This document shows, one piece after another, positions 10,053 through 18,545 of a stretch of DNA of 64,000 nt (positions are counted from its first letter, which is position 1; every line of letters starts with the position of its first letter). A program made the position numbers and the translations under genes. Origin of the DNA: an uncultured Chloroflexia bacterium (GTDB lineage Bacteria; Chloroflexota; Dehalococcoidia; DSTF01; JALHUB01); contig OY969814.1 of NCBI GenBank assembly GCA_963703345.1, positions 1,760,001 to 1,824,000 on the forward strand. Direction: 5' to 3'. The notes under the pieces are model-generated. The model had not been told where the DNA came from and did no database searches. It was given only the letters and a program-made list of their open reading frames with translations.

Positions 10053-10841
10053 ATGGAACTCAACGCAAAGATCGCTTCTCTTGAGGACGAGGTGAAACTC
10101 CTCAAGGGAGAAGTCAAACTAATACTGAGCGAGATCCGCACGGCGATACTTGGCCAGGACAATCCCTTCGCGGAGCCTGGCCAAGGATTGCGTCTGGACC
10201 CGAGCGCTCTCGACTCGCGGCCGCCGATAAAGGTCGTGCGGGTGTCGAACGAGGCGCCTGAGGCCGAAGAGGAAGCCGAGGCGGCCACGGCGCTGCCCGA
10301 GGATGTCTGGGAGAACGAGCCGGAGGAACCGACTCCCATGCCGGAGCCGGTGGCGATGGAGAAGCCGCCGGAAGCGCGGCAGGTGGAGGAACCTCCCCCG
10401 GTCGCGAAACCGGCCATGAGCTACCCGACACCGCCGCCGCTGGTCCCGCCGCCGAAGCCGATCGCCGTTCGTCCGATTGAAGCGGCGGTCGCGCCGAAGC
10501 CGCAGGCGGTGCCGCCTCAGCCGGTCGGAAGGCCGCATTGGAGCCTGATAACGATCGCCGGTCTGGCTGTCTGGGCTGAGGAGGCCATCAAGCAGATCGG
10601 CGTGAAGCGGCTTCGCATTCTCCTGGACCTGTGCGAGTTCACGGGCGATCTCTCCCCGGACGCGAAGGAGGCGCTGCTCAAGGTATCGACTCTGGCGCAC
10701 GCGACGTTGGAGAGGAAGACGCCGCCCTCAACGAACGAGTGCCTGGTAGTGCTCTGCCAGCTCGACGCGCTTCTGCGGGGAGAGCAGCCGGCCAGCCTCA
10801 GTCTGCATGGCCCGGCTGAAAAGTGGCAGCAAACGGCCTAG
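10053..10841 (+). CDS. Putative ArlC/D/E-like archaellum accessory protein
   Basis: N-terminal coiled coil ending in DNPF (FlaC-like), Pro/Glu linker, C-terminal W..EAIKQIG...ILLD...GDLSPDAKEALL (FlaD/E-like); sits between arlB and arlG. Confidence 0.65.
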   Translation: MELNAKIASLEDEVKLLKGEVKLILSEIRTAILGQDNPFAEPGQGLRLDPSALDSRPPIKVVRVSNEAPEAEEEAEAATALPEDVWENEPEEPTPMPEPVAMEKPPEARQVEEPPPVAKPAMSYPTPPPLVPPPKPIAVRPIEAAVAPKPQAVPPQPVGRPHWSLITIAGLAVWAEEAIKQIGVKRLRILLDLCEFTGDLSPDAKEALLKVSTLAHATLERKTPPSTNECLVVLCQLDALLRGEQPASLSLHGPAEKWQQTA

Positions 10842-10894
10842 GAGGGCCAACAGATCCGTCCCCCTAGGATGACGGAGCAAGAGGGGGTGCCGCC

Positions 10895-11371
10895 ATAGAA
10901 AAGGCCATTACCACTATCCTGCTAACCGTGGCGGGAATCGTAGCCGTCGTAGCGGTCGTCAACGCGGTGTTGCCCAGCGTCGACCGGACGAGCGGCGCCC
11001 TGACCTCCACGGCCAGCGTCATCGACGACCGGCTGGGCAGCCAGGTCGAAATCGTCCATGCCACCGGCGAGAACGGCGCTACCGTTGCCGACGTGTGGGC
11101 GAAGAACGTCGGCTCAACCATCATCGACCCGCTGGACAGGATAGACATCTTCTTCGGGCCGGAGGGGCAGTTCGTCCGCATCCCATACGGCGGCGCCAGT
11201 TGCAGCGCGCCTTGCTGGGAGTACAGCCTCGAGAACGACACGAAGTGGAAGCCGACCGCGACGTTGCACATCGTGATCCATCTCGGCGACGCGCTTCAAT
11301 CGAACACTGTCTATTACGCCAAGGTCGTCGCGCCAAACGGGTCGAGCGACGCGAAGTTCTTCACCGTGTAG
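10895..11371 (+). CDS. arlG: Archaellum stator protein ArlG (FlaG), probable ATA start
   Basis: (M)EKAITTILLTVAGIVAVVAVVN TM helix, WAKNVGS motif, IDIFFG; position in operon. Confidence 0.82.
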   Translation: MEKAITTILLTVAGIVAVVAVVNAVLPSVDRTSGALTSTASVIDDRLGSQVEIVHATGENGATVADVWAKNVGSTIIDPLDRIDIFFGPEGQFVRIPYGGASCSAPCWEYSLENDTKWKPTATLHIVIHLGDALQSNTVYYAKVVAPNGSSDAKFFTV

Positions 11372-11383
11372 GGGCGAGAAGGT

Positions 11384-11890
11384 ATGGAAACGAGCATTCC
11401 CGCCCTTCTCATCGCCGCCATTATGATGATCACCACCGTAGTCATGGCGAGGAGCGGCTACAGCTCCGTCGACCGGTTGGGACAGTCGTGGCAGGGGATG
11501 GAGCAGCGCCTGGAAGAGCGCGTACGGACGCAACTGACGGCGGTGAGCTCGCAGGTGGACAGCAGTCACGCCAACATTACGCTGCAGTTACGCAACGACG
11601 GCCAGACGACGGTGGCGGACTTCGCGCGGATGGACGTGGTGGTGCAGTACCTGTCGGAATCGGGGACGCGCTACGCCCACTGGATACCGTTCACGTCAGG
11701 GGCGCTCCAATCGAACACGTGGCGGGTGGCGTCCATCGCCAACGACACTTTTGAACCGGGCGTCCTGAACCCCGGCGAAATCTTGCAACTGGAGATAAGA
11801 ATCAATCCGCCGATGGGACCCGGCACGAACGGCTGGGTCATTGTATCAACCGAGAACGGCGTCACCGTTTCCGCGGACGTGACAGGATAG
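11384..11890 (+). CDS. arlF: Archaellum stator protein ArlF (FlaF)
   Basis: N-terminal TM helix, LRNDGQT, LNPGE, VSTENGV motifs; position in operon. Confidence 0.82.
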   Translation: METSIPALLIAAIMMITTVVMARSGYSSVDRLGQSWQGMEQRLEERVRTQLTAVSSQVDSSHANITLQLRNDGQTTVADFARMDVVVQYLSESGTRYAHWIPFTSGALQSNTWRVASIANDTFEPGVLNPGEILQLEIRINPPMGPGTNGWVIVSTENGVTVSADVTG

Positions 11891-11901
11891 GAGCCAGAAC
11901 C

Positions 11902-12618
11902 ATGTACCAGGCAGCTTACGGCGAGCCGAGACGGATGGTGGCGACGGGCAACCCGGAGGTGGACAAAAAGATCGGCGGCGGCATACCGGTGGGATCGCTG
12001 TCGCTCATCGAAGGGCAGTCGGACTCCGGCAAGAGCGTGCTCCTGCAGCAGCTTGTCTGGGGCGCGCTATCGGAGAACTTCCGCGTCGCCTACTACACGA
12101 CGGAGAACACTACGCGGAGCCTGCTGCGACAGATGGAGAGCCTGGGGATGAACATCATGGACCACTTTCTCCTGGGCAGGCTCAACATTTACGTCGTGCC
12201 CTCAGCGATGTCGGCGGACGAATCGCTGACGTTCTTCAGCCGGTTGCTGGACCACGTTTCGCGGCAGGCGAGCTACGACATCATCGCTATGGACTCGCTT
12301 ACCTCATACGTGTCGCACGTGCCGGAGCGCGACACGCTGACCTTCTTCAACGCGCTGAAGAAGATCTGCGACGAGAACAAGACCCTGCTGATAACCCTGC
12401 ACGCCTACGCCTTCGACGAATCAATGTTTATCCGCATTCGGTCGATCTGCGACGCCCACCTGCGACTGCGGATCGAGGAGGTGGGCGACCAGCTCGTCAA
12501 GGTTCTGGAAGTTGCCAAGGTGCGCGGCGCCGAGAAGACGACGGGGAACGTCGTCAGCTTCGAGGTCGAGCCCGGCATGGGAATGAGGATAGTGCCGATT
12601 ACAAAAGCAAAAGCCTGA
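11902..12618 (+). CDS. arlH: Archaellum KaiC/RecA-like ATP-binding protein ArlH (FlaH)
   Basis: GGGIPVGS, Walker A GQSDSGKS, YYTTE, MDSLT, FEVEPGMG. Confidence 0.93.
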   Translation: MYQAAYGEPRRMVATGNPEVDKKIGGGIPVGSLSLIEGQSDSGKSVLLQQLVWGALSENFRVAYYTTENTTRSLLRQMESLGMNIMDHFLLGRLNIYVVPSAMSADESLTFFSRLLDHVSRQASYDIIAMDSLTSYVSHVPERDTLTFFNALKKICDENKTLLITLHAYAFDESMFIRIRSICDAHLRLRIEEVGDQLVKVLEVAKVRGAEKTTGNVVSFEVEPGMGMRIVPITKAKA

Positions 12619-12619
12619 T

Positions 12620-14362
12620 ATGCCGAACCTGCTGCCCTTTCCCTGCGAGAACGTCGTCGACGACCACAAGAACGGCGCCGGCGACTGTGCTCTGAAGAAG
12701 CTTGTCTCCAAGGAGCTGCTGGAGCGCGCCGAGGCTTCGCCGCACCTGATGGACTACCTCCACATGGTGCCGATGGCGCTAGTCGGCGTACCCGACTTCT
12801 ATCCAGAGATCAGCCGCAAGCTGGGCGAGCTGGAGCATCCTAATTTGATCTATCCGGTCGGCGACGACATGTTCGTCCACATCTTCCCGGACACGGAAGA
12901 CCCCCGCAACTACTATCTGGCGGTCGAGCCGCCGGTGGGAATGGATGTCGAGGAACTGCTGCGGGAGGTGGAGCGACGGCTGCTGGACTACGTCGACATT
13001 CTGGCGCTGGCCCAGACGGAGGAGGAGAGGGCGCAGGCGCTTTGCGATGCCGTGGAGCAGTGCTGCACGGTAAAGGGCGGCGGGCATGCCGCCAACGGCG
13101 AGAAGAAGCACGGCGGGCACTTCCCCTTCGGCGGCGGCGGCCATGAAGCGCGAGTGCCGGTCACGCAGCGGGAGCTGAACATCATCAAGTATACGATTCT
13201 GCGCGACAAGATAGGCATGGGGGCGCTGGAGCCGCTGATCAAGGACTCGAACATTGAGGACATCAGTTGCAGCGGTATCGGTGCTGTCTTCGTCGAGCAC
13301 AAGATCTTCAAGGGGCTGAAGAGCAGCATTATGTTCCACACGCACGAGGAGCTGGACGACTTTGTGCTGCGTCTGTCGGAGAACATCAGGAAGCCGGTCA
13401 CGTTCAAGAACCCGATCGTGGACGCGGCCCTGAACGACGGCTCCCGTATCAACATCGTCTACGGCGGTGAGGTGTCGAAGCGGGGCAGCAACTTCACCAT
13501 CCGTAAGTTCGCCGAGACGCCGATCAGCATAGTCGACCTCATCAACTTCGGCGCCCTCGATCACAAGATGGCGGCCTACCTGGCGATCATCGTCGGCGAT
13601 GGGCTCAACCTGTGGGTCTCCGGCGAGACGGCGTCCGGCAAGACAACGCTGCTCAATGCGATAACGACCTTCATTCGCCCGGACGCCAAGATCGTGACGA
13701 TTGAGGACACGCCGGAGCTGCAGGTGCCACACAAGAACTGGATCCGCGAAGTCGTGCGCATGTCCGGCGACACGACGCAGGGCGCCTCCGTCGACATGTT
13801 CGGCCTGCTCAAGGCGGCTCTGCGGCAGCGGCCCAACGCCATCCTCGTCGGCGAGATCCGCGGCGAGGAGGGCGCCGTCGCCTTCCAGGCGAAGCAGACG
13901 GGCCACCAGGTGATGTCGACATTCCACGCCTCGACCGTCGAGAAGCTGATCCAGCGTGTCACCGGCAACCCGATCAACGTGCCCAAGCCCTACATCGACA
14001 ACCTCAACGTCGTGGTGATCTGCAGCGCCGTCCGGCTGCCGTCCGGGAAGCTGGGGAGGCGCATCCTGAGCATCAACGAAATTATTGGCTATGACCTGTC
14101 GTCGGACTCGTTCTCCTTTGTCGAAGCGTTCCGCTGGAATCCGGCAGACGACGTGTTCGAGTTCACGGGCAACATGAACAGCTACCTGCTGGAGAACCGC
14201 GTGGCGCCGCGGCGCGGACTAACGCCGAAGGACAAGCGTAAGATCTACCTGGAGCTAGATAAGAAGGCGGCGATTCTAGAGAAGCTGCAGCAACAGGGTA
14301 TCGTGAACTTCTATGATCTCTATCAACTCCTTGCTAAGGCGCAACGCGAAGGACTCTTCTAG
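12620..14362 (+). CDS. arlI: Archaellum motor ATPase ArlI (FlaI)
   Basis: IEDISCSG, GSNFTIRKF, GETASGKTT, IEDTPE, ALRQRP, VGEIRG, TGH-V-STFHA. Confidence 0.94.
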   Translation: MPNLLPFPCENVVDDHKNGAGDCALKKLVSKELLERAEASPHLMDYLHMVPMALVGVPDFYPEISRKLGELEHPNLIYPVGDDMFVHIFPDTEDPRNYYLAVEPPVGMDVEELLREVERRLLDYVDILALAQTEEERAQALCDAVEQCCTVKGGGHAANGEKKHGGHFPFGGGGHEARVPVTQRELNIIKYTILRDKIGMGALEPLIKDSNIEDISCSGIGAVFVEHKIFKGLKSSIMFHTHEELDDFVLRLSENIRKPVTFKNPIVDAALNDGSRINIVYGGEVSKRGSNFTIRKFAETPISIVDLINFGALDHKMAAYLAIIVGDGLNLWVSGETASGKTTLLNAITTFIRPDAKIVTIEDTPELQVPHKNWIREVVRMSGDTTQGASVDMFGLLKAALRQRPNAILVGEIRGEEGAVAFQAKQTGHQVMSTFHASTVEKLIQRVTGNPINVPKPYIDNLNVVVICSAVRLPSGKLGRRILSINEIIGYDLSSDSFSFVEAFRWNPADDVFEFTGNMNSYLLENRVAPRRGLTPKDKRKIYLELDKKAAILEKLQQQGIVNFYDLYQLLAKAQREGLF

Positions 14363-15869
14363 CGAGGTCGCGAAGGAGCGCGACAAGCTAGATAAGCCGG
14401 CCCGTTTTTTCGGTCGGCAGCCCCTGGCGTTCGACCTAGTGACGCAGCTCACCTACATGTCCGCCATTGCGACGGCTGGTATCTCGCGCGCGCAGCTCTT
14501 CGAGCACACCGCCAACCTCAGCTACAGCACGTCGGTCCTGTTCCGCCGCATTCACTGGGCAGCGCAGCGACTGAACTACGACTACGCGCAGGCCTGCGAA
14601 GTCGTCGCGGAGACGCTTGCCGACGAGAACATGCGCAGCCTGCTGCTACGCTTCGCCAGCGCCCTCGCTTCCGGCGAAGGCGAGGCGCCCTTCCTGGCGC
14701 GGGAGATGGAGGTGCAGCTCGAACTGTACGGCAAGCAATACGAACGCGACCTGGAGACGCTGCAACGGTGGACGGACGCCTACGTGGCGTTGATGGTGTC
14801 GGCGGCGCTGATCGTGGTCATCTCGCTCGTCTCGATGATGATTTACAGCATGGGCGCCGGCCTCATCGTTGGACTGGCGGTTGTGGTCATCGCGACCACC
14901 TTCATCGGCTCGTATATCGTCTACACGGTGGCGCCACTGGAGGTGAAGGCCTGCACGCTGGCCGAGTTCTCGCACGAACGGCATTTCGCCGCCCTACTCG
15001 CCAGATATGTGCTGCCGGTGGGACTGGCAGCAAGCGCCGGCGTGATGCTATTGGGGTTCGGCATAGCGATAGCGTTCATAACGATGTCGATCTTCCTCCT
15101 GCCGGTGGGCGTGCTGGCGTTCCGCGAGGACTTGCAGATCGACCGGCGGGACCGGGACGTGGCCAGCGTGCTGCGGGCGATGGGCAGCATGGTCGCGGCG
15201 ATGGGCAGCACTGTCAGCGAGGCGCTGACGCGGCTCAACCGCCGCTCTCTCGGCTCGCTGGAGCCGCAGGTGAAGCGACTGCACGTCCGGCTGCGCAACG
15301 GGCTGCGGTCGGACCTGTCGTGGTCACGGTTTGCGGCGGAGTCGGGCAGCGAGATGGTGACTCGCAGCGTGCGCATCTTCTGGGACGGACTGCGGCTGGG
15401 CGGCGACGCGGATCGCATCAGCTACCTGGCGTCGATGCTGGCAATGAAGGTCTCCCTCCTGCGGGCGAGCCGCAAACTGGTGTCTTCGACCTTCACGTTC
15501 ATCATGATCCCACTCCACGTGGCGCTGCTGTCGATCCTGCTGTTCGTGTCACAGGTGCTGGTCATATTCGGGGCGAAGATGATGGAGGTACAGGCCCAGG
15601 GGATGGACACCAGCGTCGCCAATGACGCCAGCGTATCGACGACCTTGCTTTTCAGCGCGCCCAACATGGATTTCGTCCGCTCGTTCATCGTCGCCGTCAT
15701 ACTGGTCTTGACGCTGGCCAACACTTTCGCGCCGTACGCGGCATCGGGAGGTCATCCCTATAAGCTGTGTCTCTATGGCTCCGTCATGTGCTTTTTGTCC
15801 GGCGTGGCGATGCTGGTGATCCCGGCCGTCGTGCAGGCCCTTTTCGCCAGCGTCTCAGCACCGATCTAA
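14313..15869 (+). CDS. arlJ: Archaellum platform protein ArlJ (FlaJ)
   Basis: LTYMSAIATAG, LLRFASALASGE, WTDAYVALMVS; polytopic membrane protein overlapping arlI. Confidence 0.9.
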   Translation: MISINSLLRRNAKDSSSEVAKERDKLDKPARFFGRQPLAFDLVTQLTYMSAIATAGISRAQLFEHTANLSYSTSVLFRRIHWAAQRLNYDYAQACEVVAETLADENMRSLLLRFASALASGEGEAPFLAREMEVQLELYGKQYERDLETLQRWTDAYVALMVSAALIVVISLVSMMIYSMGAGLIVGLAVVVIATTFIGSYIVYTVAPLEVKACTLAEFSHERHFAALLARYVLPVGLAASAGVMLLGFGIAIAFITMSIFLLPVGVLAFREDLQIDRRDRDVASVLRAMGSMVAAMGSTVSEALTRLNRRSLGSLEPQVKRLHVRLRNGLRSDLSWSRFAAESGSEMVTRSVRIFWDGLRLGGDADRISYLASMLAMKVSLLRASRKLVSSTFTFIMIPLHVALLSILLFVSQVLVIFGAKMMEVQAQGMDTSVANDASVSTTLLFSAPNMDFVRSFIVAVILVLTLANTFAPYAASGGHPYKLCLYGSVMCFLSGVAMLVIPAVVQALFASVSAPI

Positions 15870-15884
15870 TAGTTGGAGGTTCCG

Positions 15885-16238
15885 ATGAAGCTCATACCAT
15901 TCCTAAGGTTTGGCGGCAGTCACGTCGGAGAGGATGACGTGCCTAACGCGCCCCTGCCCGTCGATCCACTGGAGGCGCCGACGGACGAAGAGCAGGAAGA
16001 GGAAGAGGAAGAGGAAGAAGAGAAGCCGGAGGAGGAGAAGCCGGCGGAAGAGGCGTCGCTTGGCGGCGACGATGACATGCTGAAGATCTTCACGGCGGTG
16101 GACGAGGAGTTCGTGGACAACACCGGCCTCACCTCGGACATGGAGGAGGTATCGGCGGATGACTTGCTCGAGGAGGCACGGGCGCTTGGGCGGGTCCTCG
16201 GCGTGCAAGTTGTCCACGAGGAGGAGCAGGCAGTCTAG
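15885..16238 (+). CDS. Small acidic hypothetical protein directly after arlJ
   Basis: GGAGG RBS; poly-Glu tract; C-terminal DMLKIF...EEVSADDLLEEARAL. Confidence 0.65.
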   Translation: MKLIPFLRFGGSHVGEDDVPNAPLPVDPLEAPTDEEQEEEEEEEEEKPEEEKPAEEASLGGDDDMLKIFTAVDEEFVDNTGLTSDMEEVSADDLLEEARALGRVLGVQVVHEEEQAV

Positions 16239-16250
16239 CGGGAGGCCTGG

Positions 16251-17249
16251 ATGAACGCCCGCCTTCGCATCGTCGCTCCCTGCTCGCTGGCGATTGCGGT
16301 GAGCCTGGCAGCAGCGTCGGTTGTGGCGGCGCACGAGCGACTGCCGGCAGCGGTGAACGTCTCCCCGCCACAGGAAGTGGCGACATCCACTGTCGCCCCG
16401 CCACCGGAGGCCACTCCGACGCCAACGCTGGGCGACGTCGAGGCAGCGCCCGCGAGTAGCGGCGGAGGCGAACCGCGGTTGTTGCCGGTCCCAGCGGAAG
16501 CGCAACCGTCGACGAACGCGCAGGTGCTGGCGGGCCCCGGCACGCTCCTTCAACAGGCGCCCACGCCGCGACCGCATCGCCCGACCATCGTCCTCGACCC
16601 GGGGCACGGCCGCGGCGACCCGGGAGCGGTGCATCATCTGCCCGACGGCAGCGTGGACCTGACGGAGGCGGAGGCAAACCTGGACATCGCGGAGAAGCTG
16701 CGTCATTTCCTCGAGGCGAAGGGATACGACGTTTACGTGACGCGCTCAGGATTCGGCAAGCCGCTGGCCGCGGGGCCGCTTTCGCAGTCGCTGATCTCGC
16801 GCGACCTGATGGACCGCGTCCGTCTCGCGGCGGCGGTCGACGGCGACGTATTCATATCGATTCACAACAACGGCTCGCCGCATCCGGCGCAGTCGGGCAC
16901 GGAGATATGGTATTGCGGCCAGCATCGATTCGGTACGGAAAGCGCCCGTCTGGCAGAGCTCATCCTCGACGCTGCCGTGCAGGGGCTGAAGGACTACGGC
17001 TATGAGACGGTACGGCGCGGTACGCAGGAGGACTCGACGGTGCATGATTCGCCGGGCTTCTGCCAGTTCCTCGTCACGCGCGAGGTGCAAATGCCGGCGG
17101 TCCTCACGGAAATCCTCTTCCTGACGAATGACGCCGACGCGGCGGTGCTCAAGGACCCGGTGGCGAGAGAGGCGGTCGCGGACCGGGTAGCGCAGGCAAT
17201 CGATACCTTCCTCCGCGAACGAGGCTCCGCGCCTCAGCAGCCCAACTGA
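16251..17249 (+). CDS. N-acetylmuramoyl-L-alanine amidase (Amidase_3)
   Basis: IVLDPGHG, TEAEANL, FISIHNN, PAVLTEILFLTN zinc motifs; signal peptide and Pro-rich linker. Confidence 0.9.
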   Translation: MNARLRIVAPCSLAIAVSLAAASVVAAHERLPAAVNVSPPQEVATSTVAPPPEATPTPTLGDVEAAPASSGGGEPRLLPVPAEAQPSTNAQVLAGPGTLLQQAPTPRPHRPTIVLDPGHGRGDPGAVHHLPDGSVDLTEAEANLDIAEKLRHFLEAKGYDVYVTRSGFGKPLAAGPLSQSLISRDLMDRVRLAAAVDGDVFISIHNNGSPHPAQSGTEIWYCGQHRFGTESARLAELILDAAVQGLKDYGYETVRRGTQEDSTVHDSPGFCQFLVTREVQMPAVLTEILFLTNDADAAVLKDPVAREAVADRVAQAIDTFLRERGSAPQQPN

Positions 17250-17258
17250 CGAAAGGCG

Positions 17259-18335
17259 TTAGTGCGTCAAAGCGATCCGTAGCGGCGCCAGGGGTGTGTC
17301 ATCGACGCCTACGAGGTTGACTTCGTTGACATTCAGGCGCGCGCGATCGAAGAAGATGCCGTAGACGCGTTGACCGGCAGAAGCTCCGCGGTCCCAGGAA
17401 GCGAGGTAAAGCGAAGTGAGGCCCAGGATCCGCGCGCTCCCGTCGTGCGGAGATGAGACGATGGGCACGACGATGAGTCGCCCGACGCCGCCGTCGCCGC
17501 TGCCGCGCACGCATTCAGTGCGAGGCGGTTGGGCGTAGGGATCGAAGCCGGTCACATGTCCGGCGCCTGCTCCTCCATCAGGGGCGAAAGTCACGTCACA
17601 CCACTCGTTGCCGAGGTAGTCGGCCGTTCCGTCCCCTGACTCGAACTGATAGTGGACTATCAAGGCGCGGAGCGTCGCTTGATCGGCTTCGTTGCCGGGC
17701 GGCAGCAGGTGAACGACGTCGCCGGCAGACCAGATGCCGGTCTCTTCCTTTCGGCAACCGGCGGCCACCATCTGCTCGTAGGCGGCAACGCCACCGCCGG
17801 CCAGGTCGAGCGGGACCAGTGTGCCGCCGTCGCCGGAGTGGTCAGCGAGGTTGAAGGAGTAGACGCGTCCGGGCACGAAGCCGAAGTCGTCGCTGCCCTG
17901 CGCTGAGGATGCGGCGACGATGCCGAAGGGACAGACCGGCGCGCCTTTCGCCCCCACGACCTGCGCCGTCGCCGACCTTTCGATGGAAGAAACCCCCGGC
18001 AAGCCGAAGTAGTGCAGGAGCAACGTGCTGTGGTCAACGCGGGCGGTCGCAGTAACGGTATCGAGGATGCCGTCCGGGTGCTGAACAGGGCGCCAGTCGG
18101 CGAAGGTGCAGCATTCGGCGGTGGAGAGGCCGCGTTGGTTGTTCTCCAGCCAGTGATTGGCAGCGGTAAGGGCGTCGGCTTGGCTGCCGTTGATGCTAAG
18201 CTGGCGGGCAGCGGCCGTGGCCATGCCCTCCGCCTCCCACTGCGCCTTGCCGATGCGCGCGAAGTAGATGGCGAGGTCGAACATCAAGGCCGCGATGACG
18301 ACGGTGGCCATGAGCAGGAGAGCACCCTTGACCAT
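17259..18335 (-). CDS. TadG/Tad-domain pilus-associated protein
   Basis: Pilin-like N-terminus (ALMFDLAIYFARIGKAQWEAEGMATAAA), ERSATAQV, RLIVVPIV. Confidence 0.65.
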   Translation of the reverse strand: MVKGALLLMATVVIAALMFDLAIYFARIGKAQWEAEGMATAAARQLSINGSQADALTAANHWLENNQRGLSTAECCTFADWRPVQHPDGILDTVTATARVDHSTLLLHYFGLPGVSSIERSATAQVVGAKGAPVCPFGIVAASSAQGSDDFGFVPGRVYSFNLADHSGDGGTLVPLDLAGGGVAAYEQMVAAGCRKEETGIWSAGDVVHLLPPGNEADQATLRALIVHYQFESGDGTADYLGNEWCDVTFAPDGGAGAGHVTGFDPYAQPPRTECVRGSGDGGVGRLIVVPIVSSPHDGSARILGLTSLYLASWDRGASAGQRVYGIFFDRARLNVNEVNLVGVDDTPLAPLRIALTH

Positions 18336-18545
18336 GGTTGCCGGACTGCTTCACCCGGAGAAGGCAGCACGAGCCGGCGGGGGCGACATCGTGACGTCGC
18401 ACCCATGGTTAGAGTCGTCCAAAAGGCGGATTCCTGTTGGGGGACGCCACCGGCTTTCTGAAGGCCGCTGAGGGATTCATGCCGTGCTATGCGCCTGTCG
18501 TCGGCGGCGACTGGCGTCAGGGTTTGGCGGTGATAGAATGAGGCA

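Noticed and set aside
11902-12618. Circadian clock KaiC
   Set aside because: A single domain lying between arlF and arlI with ArlH motifs.
12620-15869. Tad or type II secretion ATPase and platform
   Set aside because: The archaellin, arlG, arlF and arlH context and ArlJ-like motifs favour an archaellum.
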